A DNA stretch of 64,000 nt from Camelus dromedarius (Eukaryota). The stretch covers positions 4,340,001 through 4,404,000 of the forward strand of contig NC_087437.1 in the NCBI RefSeq assembly GCF_036321535.1, written 5' to 3'. The notes below the pieces were generated by a model. The model did not search any database. It was not told the DNA's origin and saw nothing but the letters and a program-made list of their open reading frames with translations. This document shows, piece after piece, positions 1 to 11,155 of this stretch. A program made the position numbers and the translations under genes. Every line of letters starts with the position of its first letter. Position 1 is the stretch's first letter.

Positions 1-382
1 AGATTTCACATTAGCTGTCCCTTTTCCCAGACCCCCACTTCGACTAACACTTCCATGATCTCTAATAATAAAAAGGAAACTACATTTCAGTTCATGTCCA
101 AATGAGATTCTATTTAACTGCTTACGTGGGTTTTTCGTTTGCTACAATGCCAAGAAAATTCCTGGGTCACATTAGAGATCAGGTTCAAGTCTCTTCTTCG
201 CTCGGTTTGAAATCATTTAAATAACTTTCAGGAAAAGTTTCAGTTGCTTTTTTAAACGACTAGAATTCAGTCCTTTCTCAAATCATGGATCGTGTGGCTG
301 GTCCCAGCCCTCGGTGGCAGGAAGGATTTCCCAGGGTTAGGAATCCGACCTCGGAGGTTGTAGCTTCAGCCCCTGGGCTCCA

Positions 383-642
383 TCACTCATTTGCTGTCTC
401 AGCCAAGGGCATCTCGGTGTCGTCAGTTCCTAGAACAGAGGCAGCAGGGAAGAGGCTCTGCCTGCCTCTAGGGGAGGCTGGAGCACACCGGGTCTCACAC
501 TCCTCCTTGGTCTCGAACAGGTTGGCGTTGCCCCCACAGCTACCACCCCAGAACGGTCGGCACGCCTGCTCCTCCTGGAGACAGTACCACCTGAGGACGT
601 AGTCCCGGCACTCAGGTGCCGTGGGAGCCCCGGAGCAGGGAC
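383..642 (-). CDS. COL6A4: Terminal exon: Kunitz/BPTI domain plus tail (GPCSGAPTAPECRDYVLRWYC...ECETRCAPASP...TANE*)
   Basis: Acceptor tgttgcag|GT, phase 1. Cys spacing C-x8-C-x15-C-x7-C-x12-C-x3-C. TGA at 385-383. Confidence 0.92.
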
Positions 643-1921
643 CTGCAACAACACGAGTGCGGACAGAGCTGGGTTTTCCGCCTGAGGCTGACCGGCAAGG
701 AACAACGGTTTGGAGTCTGGGACCCAAAATGAATCCTCACTCACCCACAACTGGCTGTGGGACCTCGAGCAAGAAACTTATCCGCCCTGAGCCCCAATTT
801 CCTCACCCGTAAAAGCAATATTTTTTGAAAAGCCCTACATCTCAAGTCTGTTGCAAGGGTCACAGAATCCACGTGAAAGGGGCCGTACAGTTGGAGTCGT
901 CGTTCTGCACGGGGTCTAGAACAGGGCAGATACACCAGACAAGGTACAAATGAGTGGATGAATGAATCAATAATGCTTTCTGACACTGAGAACCCCTCAC
1001 TTGCTTATTAAACTTAATTCCCTCATTTTTTCAAACCATCTCAATCCGTTGCCTAATCTCCAAACGTTCCAGCCTTCTAATGGTCTCAATAAATGCAGCA
1101 AGTTTATTATTTGTTGTACCCTGTTTTATAATTATTTACTGCACCCGGACACTTGCCTAACAAGTAATGATAGCCCTTCAAAGGGAGACACGATGTGCCT
1201 GGAAAACGAAAAACAGCATTGAGAAGCAGCAAGTTACAGCAAGTGCAAGATCTGGGCATGTGCCTATTTCAAATTTTCAATCAGACATGCATTTTCCCAG
1301 GTCCGTAACCTCTGCCTTCAGGGAGAACAGGTTTCTTTGAGCACACTTGGTGTCAGAGAAAAATATTCTTGGCTCAGCTCAACCCTCCAGCACAGAATGA
1401 TGGTAACCTCCTGTTTCCCCCGGGGCCTTCCAGGCACCTCCCAAAGCAAGTGGATATTATCTTCAGAAAGCAACTCATGGTGTGCTCTTGGGAGTTTTCT
1501 TGAAGGAGGGACAAGATGTCCTGGATCCAAGATGATGCAATACATTGACAGGAATTGTCTTTTGTCTTGAGCAGGCGTGTTTGAATTTTCCAGCAGCATG
1601 ACCAGCTCTGGGGGATGTCAGACAGCAAGCAGCAGGGCCCAGGAGAAAAAGCAGAGCAAAGGCTCCCGTGATGTCGGGTTGCAATGGCGAACTTCTCACT
1701 GTATCCTGTAGGTTCAACCAACAGACCTGGGGCTCAGCAGTCAGCTAGTACCAACCTCTACAGTTATCACCTGATTCCAAACAGACAAGCCCAGGACGTG
1801 TTTAAATAAATCAGATGCTTTTCCGATTAACACTGGGTGGCTTTTGTCTTTAGAAGCCCTATCCTTGCCTTTAGTCTCGGAGACAATCAAACAGAAGTTG
1901 TTTCTTCTGGATTCTACTTCT

Positions 1922-2125
1922 TAGGGCCGCACTGTCCAGCAGAACTTTCTGCCATGAGGAACAGCTTCCATGATCTGCCCTGTCCAGCATGGTAGCCGCT
2001 CCCCATGCAGCTGTCGGGCATGTGAAGTGTGGCTGTTGCAACCGAGGAATTAAATTTTTAGTTGGATTCAATTTCAAGTTATTGAAATCGAAACACCCCG
2101 TGGCTAGTGGTTGGTCAGGGCAGTC
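1922..2125 (+). mobile_element. MER3-like hAT DNA transposon relic
   Basis: ctgtccagcagaactttctg...ctgtccagcatggtagcc...gtggctagtgg. Confidence 0.7.
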
Positions 2126-2680
2126 ATAGGTGAGTGAATTCTCATTGCTTTAAACGAATTCTAAGGTGTTCTTTGTAACCTAACACACAGGAAGCCTCAG
2201 ACTCTTAATTTTCTTTTATCAGCATGATGCGATAGGGTGTTAGGTGCCAATAAACTTCCCCCTGCACAATTATGGACAGCCTCCAACTTTACATTTCATG
2301 TTATTTTTGCCATGAGTGCTAACTCCCACCTTCTGGGAAGAACCCTGCAGCAGCAGTTGGTTTCGTTCAAACAAGTCCATAGAATCCAGGAAGGAAGAGG
2401 AAAAAAGACGGGGAGAACAGAGTCGGACAGGTCTGGAGAAAGGGCAGTTTTATACACAGGGGACAGCCGAAGTCACGGTAGGAAAGCTGGCTCAGCAGCT
2501 CGTGGTGAGGGCTTTGAGGGCTGAAGACAGGACCCTGGGGGAGGCATTGCGGATTTACCACGAGATGAACGAAGCCAAGCTTCAAGGCCCCTTCTGTGCA
2601 TAACCCTCTTCTCAATAAATATTTAATTTCATCCTTAATTTCAGTAATGTTGTGTTCTTTATCTTAAAGGGAGCCCCCTG

Positions 2681-2810
2681 GGGCGGGGGAGGGCATAGCT
2701 CAGTGTACAGCATATGCTCAGTACGCACAAGGTCCTGAGCTCAGTCCCCAGTGCCTCCATTAAAAGCAAACAAATAAATACATAAAAAATACATAAATAA
2801 ACAACTTTTT
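2681..2810 (+). mobile_element. tRNA-derived SINE (camelid Vic-1-like)
   Basis: ggggagggcatagctcagtg head, degenerate B box, A-rich tail; homologous to six other copies in the window. Confidence 0.8.
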
Positions 2811-4231
2811 TTTTAATTTTAAAAAGAAGAGGGCCCCTCAAGTTGCATAAACTTCAGTTTCCATCAAACTCAGATTCCCGATGAGGATGGACCCGGGAAG
2901 AGGAACCCACAGGATGGGCTGGTCAGAAGTAGAAAAAAAGAGAAAAATGTTGTCTCCGCAGCCAAGAAAGGAGAGGCTTGTAAAGAAGGCAGCCACACGG
3001 GCTCCGCCCCGGAGCTCAGGTCAGGGAGTCTGACACAGCCTTCTGGTCTTGGTGCTCTGCACGCCCTTCCAGTCAAGGGACAGCTCGTTTCTCTGCCTGG
3101 AAGGCAGTGAGAAAGGCTGCGAGCAATGTGGGGAGTTGCAGGAGGCCGCACCTGGCCGCCTTTACTTCCTCCAGGAGCAAAATGATGCAGGTATCTGCTG
3201 GAGAAACAGACATGGGGGCAGGAGCGTGAGGAGGAGGCAGAGGCTTGAATGGCCTTGGGATGCCATTCCCGGAGAGGGGACTGGCTGGAGCGAGGAACAG
3301 AGTGCCTGTGAACTTCCCGGGACCTTCACGCCTCTGTGAGGGAGGTGGGATGAGAATACCGGGGAGCTCTCTTCCAGCCTTCCGCCTTGATCTTATGGGA
3401 GAAGAGCCCAGCCATAGGGCAGAACTTCTCACTCCCGCTTGCTCAGTGGAATCACTAGTCTGCTCCACACCCTGAGATTCTTTTTTTTTTTTTTAATGTT
3501 CCACTAACACATAATAATCACATTTATTCTTTTGCACAGCTGCAGATCTGCCAGGATTATCAAAAAATAAAAAGGTTTCTGAGCAGATGGAAAGAGAACT
3601 GTCAAAATCCAGTACCCGCTAGACACGAAAGAACAGTTTCAACTGAAATCAAGACCACAACCTCAGCGATCTTCTCCCAAGGAAATAAAGACTGAGAAGT
3701 TGACGTTAATCACTGATTACAATTAGTTAGAACCGATTGCACTAAAATAGTTCTGCTTTCACACAAGGATGTTAAATCCTGGAGCTCAGTTACGGGAAGC
3801 CTCTCTCTTTTATCTCCTCTTTAGAACATCCCCAACATAGTGTAGGGACTGGAGCCCTGAATAAGGAATCTGGAAACGTGAACCCTTTGGCCAAGTCAGC
3901 CACTAGATCCAGAATTCGAGGGGCGTCTACAAATTACAGGACTCTTCTAAACCACGGATAACTGGGAAGACTTTTAGATCTCTTCCTCAGGACTCCTGGT
4001 GTTCCCTTTTGCAGACAAACCGAAGACTGCACCCAGAGATTCTGATTGCACTGGTGTGGGGTGAGGTCTGGGCCTTGAGAATTTTTTAAGATTCCTAGGT
4101 GATTTGAACTTACAGCCAAGACAGAAGATCACTGCCTTCATAATCCTTAGTCTACTAAGTAGATATTATATACCCAAAACATGACAATCAACAAGAGAAG
4201 TTCTTCTATGCTGAAAGTTTAGCCTAAGAAG

Positions 4232-4365
4232 CAGGGAGGGCGTAGCTCAGTGGTAGAGCACACGCTTAGCGTGCATGAGGTCCTGGGTTCAATCCCCAGC
4301 ACCTCCGTTAAAATAAATAAGTAAATAATTAAACCTAATTACATCCTTCCCCTCTCCTAAAAAAT
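4232..4365 (+). mobile_element. tRNA-derived SINE (camelid Vic-1-like) with 16-bp TSD
   Basis: A box tagctcagtgg, B box ggttcaatcc; TSD agtttagcctaagaag at 4216-4231 and 4366-4381. Confidence 0.9.
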
Positions 4366-5338
4366 AGTTTAGCCTAAGAAGGTGAAATGGCACTGCCCCT
4401 GCTGGGAGTGCTGGGAGTGTCCAGTCCTCTGTCTGCCTGGTTTTGTTTCCCTCTGGATATGTGTTTGCTTCAGAATCTAAGAGGTAAGACACGGCGTCAG
4501 CATCTTAACGGCTAACTTGTATGCTTCCTATGTGACAAGCATACGAATTCTCAAGCTTTGTTCTCAAAACAACCCCACGAGGTAGGCATGCACATAATCT
4601 CCACTTTACAGATCAGAAAACTCAGCCACTGAGAGATTAAATCATTCTCCCAGGGCCCCCTAATTGACAACATCAGATAGAGAACCATCTAGACACGTTC
4701 AAAACCACTGGGCAGTGACCTCTCGCTTCATCTAAACAGGATGGACCATACCACTTACTAGAAACTCTTACAGCTTTTCCCTGCCTTTGAAAAAATTCAG
4801 AGTCAAATCCCTGCTCCCCACATCCCTCTAACGCGTTCGCTGTTTTGCGTAATTCACTAATACCGCATGAGAGGTGACAATGGCCTCTGCGTTAATGTAA
4901 TCCAAAATCGACACCACATTGTTTTAGAAGGACCCAGAATGTTCCTTCAACTTGGTCTGAATACATGTGGCCACTCATAGACAAAGGGGCCTTCCTCAAG
5001 CTGGAGCGCTTTCCCTCAAGGTCAAGACCATGGTTACCCCTTCTGTGACAGAAGAGAACTTCACAGGGTGAGCTTCCATGACCCTTCCTGACACACCTTC
5101 CGTTCCCCTCCAGTCTTATAGTCAGATGGAAGTCAGCCCTCACGTGCTTCCCTAAACTAGTTTCTTTAGCTGCATACGCGAATTTGTGCATCTGCAAGGA
5201 AAAGTGTCTAAAAAAGCCAAAGTGCGCATGCTAACAGAGCACAGGATTTCTTTTTTTTTTTTTTTTTTGCTAAAGATCACAAAAAGTAAAATTCAACTGA
5301 AGTTGTAAGTAAGGAGCAAGGAGTCGTTCGGGTTTTAC

Positions 5339-5568
5339 CATAGTCCGTGCCTGAATTTCTTTCTTTTCTGATTTCTTTCTGCTTTGCAGGCTTTTCTTGC
5401 TCATTTCCATTAGCATCATATCCATCCTTTTCATAATTTTTGACTGCTTTCTGCTGAGTTCTAGCTGTCATCGTGACCTTTCCAGTCTCCTCCAGAGAAG
5501 AGTCTCTCGCTTCGAGTGCTTCCAAATCATCAGCAAGACGAGATTTGCCCGACTGGTGTGTGGCTGAC
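5339..5568 (-). CDS. COL6A4: Unique-region exon, 230 nt (RSATHQSGKSRLADDLEALEARD...KERNSGTDY)
   Basis: Acceptor ccctgcag|G (phase 2), open frame, donor TATG|gtaaaa (phase 1) matching the Kunitz exon. A same-phase GC donor at about 5351 cannot be excluded. Confidence 0.8.
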
Positions 5569-6051
5569 CTGCAGGGAACCCACCCCGTCAAACGGTGAAA
5601 CTCACCCCCAGAACGAGGGGGCGTGTCCCAGCTGGTGCTCTGGGCTCAGGGAGCTGGGCTTGGGCGATTCCTGAAGACTTTGTCACCGCAGCAGCTGTGT
5701 TCTTAGGTTTGAGAGGTGTGTGCGCAAACATCAGACTAATAATTTGTTAAGTGTGATCCATTTTACCTCTGGGCGTGAGACTAGAGGATGGGGAATGCGG
5801 TCGGGTAGAAAATTGTTATTGTTTGCTTTTACCCACTTCTGTGCTGTCTGAATTTTTTTCAGTGGTCTCATATTACCCATTGATATTAAAAACTAAGAAA
5901 AGAGAAACTGAACCATATTGGATGTCACAGGAGTGTCTGAGCCCCAGTGGTGTGAATCAGGTCAAGGGCTGGCATTGCCTGTGACTCCAGAGAGAAAGCG
6001 TCCTGCAGGGGACAGAGCTGTGGGACCAGCCCAGCCGGGCCCTAAGCCTAC

Positions 6052-6148
6052 CTCTTGACAGGCAGAGCTGACTGCCGCAGAGTATCCCCTCGATTCGGGC
6101 CCCCACACTCTTCCATGAGCTCTGGGGGTGGGTACTGGTTTCTTCCAC
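6052..6148 (-). CDS. COL6A4: 97-nt exon after VWA C2 (GRNQYPPPELMEECGGPNRGDTLRQSALPVK)
   Basis: Acceptor ttatctttag|GT, donor AG|gtaggc. The N-x-YPP motif is typical after collagen VI C2. Phases 1/2 fit both neighbours. Confidence 0.9.
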
Positions 6149-6179
6149 CTAAAGATAAAATAAATTCTCAAATCAAATC

Positions 6180-6495
6180 AAGCCTATAATAGTATGAAAC
6201 TTGAAAGTAAAACAAAATAAAATAAAGCATAAAAACAAAATAAAATAAAGCATAAAAACAAAATATTTTCCATTAAGACATAAAACTTAAGACAGAAAAT
6301 AAAATCAAGTAAGCACAAAATCAAGTAAAATATACAAAAAAAAATTAAAAAATAAAATCTAAAAACCAAAAAAAAATCCACTGACATAAAAGCAAAAAGA
6401 GATAAAATAACTTCAAACAAAGCACAGCATAGGCACAAAAATAAAAGCAAATAAAATAAAATAGGAAAACAAAATAAAAGCATAAAATAAAAGGA
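6180..6495. repeat. A-rich low-complexity tract of degenerate (TAAAA)n and AAAGCA units
   Basis: Seen directly, e.g. aataaagcataaaaacaaaataaaataaagcataaaaacaaaa. Confidence 0.9.
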
Positions 6496-7304
6496 TGTAA
6501 CAGAACGTGAAATGCAACCTAATGGAAGAAGACATTAAAAAAAAAAGGCAATTAACTAGAAAAGTGATCGTTCAGCCTGTTCGTCCCTCAAAGAATCACT
6601 AAGCGCTCAGCCATGCATTACAATTCTCTCCTCCATCTCTTGCAAAGGTAATGAATCTAAAGTTCAGAGAGGTTCACCGACCTTTCTAGAATCACACAGC
6701 TCACTAGTGGCAAAGTGAGGACTAGAACCGATTCATCAGTCTCCACGCCTCTCAAGTCAGAGAGGCACAGATGCTGTGTCAGTACTTCTGAGATGCCCAT
6801 CAGACTCCCTTTATTCCCTCAGTGAGGAAGGGGCACGTGTCCCTTGAGGCTCCCGACAGGATGTCACACCCACGTACAGACTGAGAAACTAAGGTCTCCG
6901 CGCAGAGAGGGAGAGAAGACCTCCCGTGTCACGAGGCGGCACCCACACAAGAGCTGTTCTGGACTACACACTGGTGCACAACGCCCAAGGCCACCTCCTG
7001 GAAGGGTGACCAGGATAATACCCACCCCGCAGTCCTGACCGTCTCCACACCAAGCCAGGGATACAGATTTGGTACTAGCAGCCCATGAACTTGGTTCAAC
7101 TAGTTCCAGCCAGAAGTGAGGGCACTAGGACAGGAGACAGGGAGGAATTCCAGCCAAGATGCACTGTCACTCCGCCCCCAAATCTTCACTGCGGCTTCAT
7201 CCACCAAACCTGAGGTGGGGGACTCTGGACTTCTGTCCTGACTCCCTCACTTCCTGGCAGGTCCCTGAAGACCTCTGAAAATAAATAAATGTCATATACC
7301 TTGC

Positions 7305-7468
7305 CACTCAAGCTGTGGTCCACAGACCAGCAGCGACAACAACCAGGAGTTTGTTAAGAAAGCAGAATCCCTGGCCCCAGCTCGGACCTACTGAATCAGG
7401 ATCCGAATTTTAACTAGACTCCCCGGGAAATGCACGTGCATGTTAACTTCTGAGAGCCCTGCTCTGCA
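7305..7468 (+). mobile_element. MER5A-like hAT relic
   Basis: ctcaagctgtggtccacagaccagcagc...gacctactgaatcag; related relics near 3935-4135 and 15105-15262. Confidence 0.7.
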
Positions 7469-7864
7469 GCACTGGGGGCTGGATTCCTGGGCACAGCAGT
7501 ACCGACACCTCCGCTTGTATCTGCGCAGCCATGGTGCTTTCACGCACGTATCTGAATGCAGGCTACACAGAGAACACACTGTAATCCTCATTTTGGTAAA
7601 AGAAAACCCAGAAGTCAGGTGGAAACATCAGGCTCCTAGGCGCCACACAAGAAATCAGTACTAGGCTTGGCACAGTGTCAGGGCAACAGAGCTCGGGGTT
7701 TTCAGGTAGTAGGGGGCTCCCTGGGAGCTCCCCAGAGGCTGCGGGGCTGCTCACACCTCAGCAAGGGCGAAGGTGCGACGGGCGTCCACTCGCCCAAATG
7801 CCAGGCTCTGTACGGCCCTCCCTGCAGCCCACCTGGACATCCCCCGTGCACCGGAAATGCTCAC

Positions 7865-8548
7865 TTGTTAGGAGGTTCAGGAAGGCCCGCGTGAAGCCCC
7901 GGGCATATGCCACCTCCGGGTCCGAGATCCCCTCCAGTCGTAGCAGGTGCTGCTCAGAGGGGGCGCTAGCCACGTGGGCCAGCTCAGCCAGTTCGCGGGT
8001 CCCCACGCCCGGGCCCCAGGCCAGCACAAACAGAGTGATGCCCTTGCACTTGGCCTCCAGGGACAGAGTCCTTAGCTTCTCCCGGTCCCAGCCGCTGGTC
8101 TCACTGGCCACGATGGCAAAGAGGACCTGCACCCTCCTGGGCAGCGGGGCTGCCAGGAGCACCCTCTCCAGCGTCCACTCCAGAGCATGGCCCAGGGCAG
8201 GGGCTCCCTGCAGCGGGTGGCCCGCGGCCTCGCGGACGTGCTTCTGCATCTGCATCCGGCGGCTGTAGGAGGTCAGGTGGAAGCCCTCGCGCACAGGTGG
8301 GTGGCCAGAGGGCGGCCAGAAGCCGGGAGTCGTGTGTGTCACCAGGGCCACGCGCGCCCCACGCGGGGATGTGCTTGGCTCCGCAGCCACCTCCAGGTCA
8401 TCCAGGGTGGCGCCCACAAGGGTCAAGGCGGCGCGGTACAAGTCTGCGTCCACGCCGCTGGAGCTGTCCACCACGAAGGCCACGTCCACGTCCACTGCCA
8501 GGGGCCCGGGTGCACCCCGCCCGCACTCCGCAGCCGGGTGGCACGGGT
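7865..8548 (-). CDS. COL6A4: VWA domain C2 exon, 684 nt
   Basis: DVAFVVDSS, ARVALV, LGHALEWT and ELAHVASAPSEQH motifs. Acceptor tctcctctgcag|, donor A|gtgagc. Confidence 0.95.
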
Positions 8549-9861
8549 CTGCAGAGGAGAGGCGGGGAGAGGCCGGGGTTACCACGCGTCCCTTCCCTTT
8601 CCATGCACACACACTTCCAGACGCTCAGTAAGGAGAATGAGTGCTGAGGGCTACCCTCACAGGGTTGACCCTGTGGGCCGGACACTGTAAGTAGATGTGC
8701 CCATTATCCAGAAGGAAGAGTTGAGAAGACCTGATTCCACATTTAATGTTTGTAACCACTAAGCTTCCTAATCCTTGGTTTCACAGATCCCTGCCTGGCC
8801 AATCAAGCCCCATCTCTTACTGGGTGTGTGATCTGGGTGGATGACAGCTTCCCCCTGGCCTCCGTGCCCTCCTCTGTCCGATGGAGATAATGATGATGAT
8901 GACAACAACAACAACAATGGCAGCACCTCTGTCCTGAGGTTGTTCGTGAAGTTTAACTTTAAAATGAGTCATATATGTTAAGTGCTCAGAAGAACACACG
9001 GGGTACAGTAAAAGCTCAGGCCAGCTGGGTTTATGCTTCCAAAGGAGTGGGGATGGAGGCGCAGGGAGGCCACATGTCAATGAGGTGATGGGCGTCAACG
9101 CAGTCCATCAACTGTAACCTACACAGCAAGCGGCAACTCCTGTATTTGACACAACCAAGTTCTCGGAGCCAAACCGCTCATGGCAGTGTGAGCCCTGAGC
9201 GTGAACCAAGGAGAAGGAACAATTCAATCCCCTTTTGATTTTGCCTAAGGGACTCACTGTGGCCCCGGGTGATGGGGGTCTGGGCATGCGTGGGTTTCAG
9301 CATCTTGTTTGATCTGGCACAGGCCAGTGCGGGGTGTGGGACGTGGTGATGGAGACTCCCAGAAAGGGAATGATGGAATGATTTGCCGATACCCCACAGG
9401 TGGCCAGCGGCAGTCCCAGGCCGAGAACCCAGGACCCCTGACTCTTAATTTGGTGGCCTGTCCTTCACACTAAGGTTCCGCTGAGGAATGAACGCAAGCC
9501 CAGCCAACTATGGGAGCCTGACAGGACAGTACATAAGCGGAGTGGATCGGGGGTTACTGAGAAGACAGGGAGGGGAAGGCACTGTGGGGGGCACTAGCAG
9601 ACACTGGCTGCTCTAAAGGGAGTGGGAACAATTCATCTCTGTCTGACCATTGCCACAAGGGAATGCAGTGTCTGCGATTCTCCAGATGATTCTGACTTCC
9701 TGAGAAAAATGAGAAATCCAGACTTGATAGGAAATTCCCCAGCTTGGAAGTTCTGCATGTACCAAGCAAATGCACATCTGCAGAGCAGAACTGGCCTGTG
9801 GCCGCCAGCTAATTCATCCTGTTCTAAAGACAGTGTGAGAAGCGACACTGCCCAGGCTCAC

Positions 9862-9952
9862 CATAGCAGAGCGTGCAGCGGGCCACGCGCTCCACATCCT
9901 GCTGGCTCTCCGTCTCCCAGACATACAGGTGAGATCTGTTGGTTCTATCCAT
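9862..9952 (-). CDS. COL6A4: 91-nt exon, end of C1 and linker (MDRTNRSHLYVWETESQQDVERVARCTLCY)
   Basis: Acceptor ttccccccag|ATG, donor G|gtgagc. Forms CxxCYDPC with the next exon. Confidence 0.93.
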
Positions 9953-10576
9953 CTGGGGGGAACACAGACACAAGGTTATTGTTAATTATCGCTGAACTAA
10001 ATCTCAGGCCTTGTTTTCCATGCATCTCCCAATTCAGGTGAGAAAATTATTAATATGATTTTTTAAAGAACGCATATAATTATGTATGTGTAATTTGGCA
10101 TTATCTATGCCGGCTGCATACAGTCATTTAGTTCTCTAGTTTCAGCGTGGAGGTTGGACTGCATGAGCTGTGGGTCTGCAGACCCCCAATGTGTATAGAA
10201 CTCAACCAATGTCAGGCTGTGTTGGAACTAGGGTAAGGAAGTCGAAGCTTTAATTATTTAGAAATTCTGTAAATCTTCAGTGATTGTCCGTGGTATGTGG
10301 TGCAGTGTTGGGGGAGTTATAGACATGAACACATAGACTCTTCAAGGAGGTGGTCCCGGAGGTCACATACTGTTAGAATGGAAAGAGGCCGAGACCACAG
10401 GGGAGGCCTGGCTAGAATATTCCTGGTGTTCACAGCTGGAAAGACGGAGGGAATCAGGGAAGGCTTTGCAAGGATGGCAAATCTGTTTGTCTCCTTCACT
10501 TAACCTTTCCCATTATGATTCATTTAATTACTAGTATCAGGCTTAAAAGAAAAATGGTGTTAACAATAATAAATCC

Positions 10577-11155
10577 TTAGACACATGCACCCAGGGTTCA
10601 CAGCAGCACTATTTACAACAGCCAAGACATGAAACAACCTAAATGTCCATCAACAGGTAACTGGATAAAGAAGATGTGGTGTATGGAATACAATTCAGCC
10701 ATAAAAAAGAATAAAATAATGCCTTTTGCAGCAACATGGATGGACCTAGAGATTCTCATACTAAGTGAAGTCAGTCAGTCAGACAAAGATAAGTATCATA
10801 TCACTTACGTGTGGAATCTAAAAAAAAAAAGATACAAATTCTCTTTACAAACCAAAAACAGATTCACAGGCATAGAAAACAAACTCTAGTTACCAAAAGG
10901 GAAAGGGCAGAGGAGGGATAAATTAGGAGTTGGGGATTAACAGACACACATTACTATATATGAAATAGATAAACAATAAGGACCTATTATACAGCACAGG
11001 GAACTATATTCAATTTCTTGTAATAACCTATAATGGAAAAGAATCTGACAAGAAAATATATATGTATGTATATGTATAACTGAATCACTTTGCTGTACGC
11101 CTGAAACTAACATTGTAAATCAACTACACTTCCATAAAAAATAAAACTTAAAAAG
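10577..11155 (+). mobile_element. 5'-truncated LINE-1 (ORF2 end plus 3'UTR)
   Basis: KQPKCPST...[12 protein letters not shown] peptide; TSD acaataataaatcc at 10563-10576 and 11156-11169. Confidence 0.9.

Noticed and set aside
67..72. AATAAA near the gene end
   Set aside because: It is on the plus strand, the wrong orientation for COL6A4, and no plus-strand gene is evident.
4232..4305. tRNA-Ala-like sequence (also the six other copies)
   Set aside because: A-rich tails, TSDs and divergent copies show these are SINEs, not tRNA genes.
6184..6483. Very hydrophobic 99-aa ORF resembling a membrane protein
   Set aside because: It is the translation of a T-rich low-complexity tract.
7675..8690. 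Long plus-strand ORFs over the C2 exon (similarly 20626-21047)
   Set aside because: Antisense shadows of GC-rich coding exons, with no independent gene structure.
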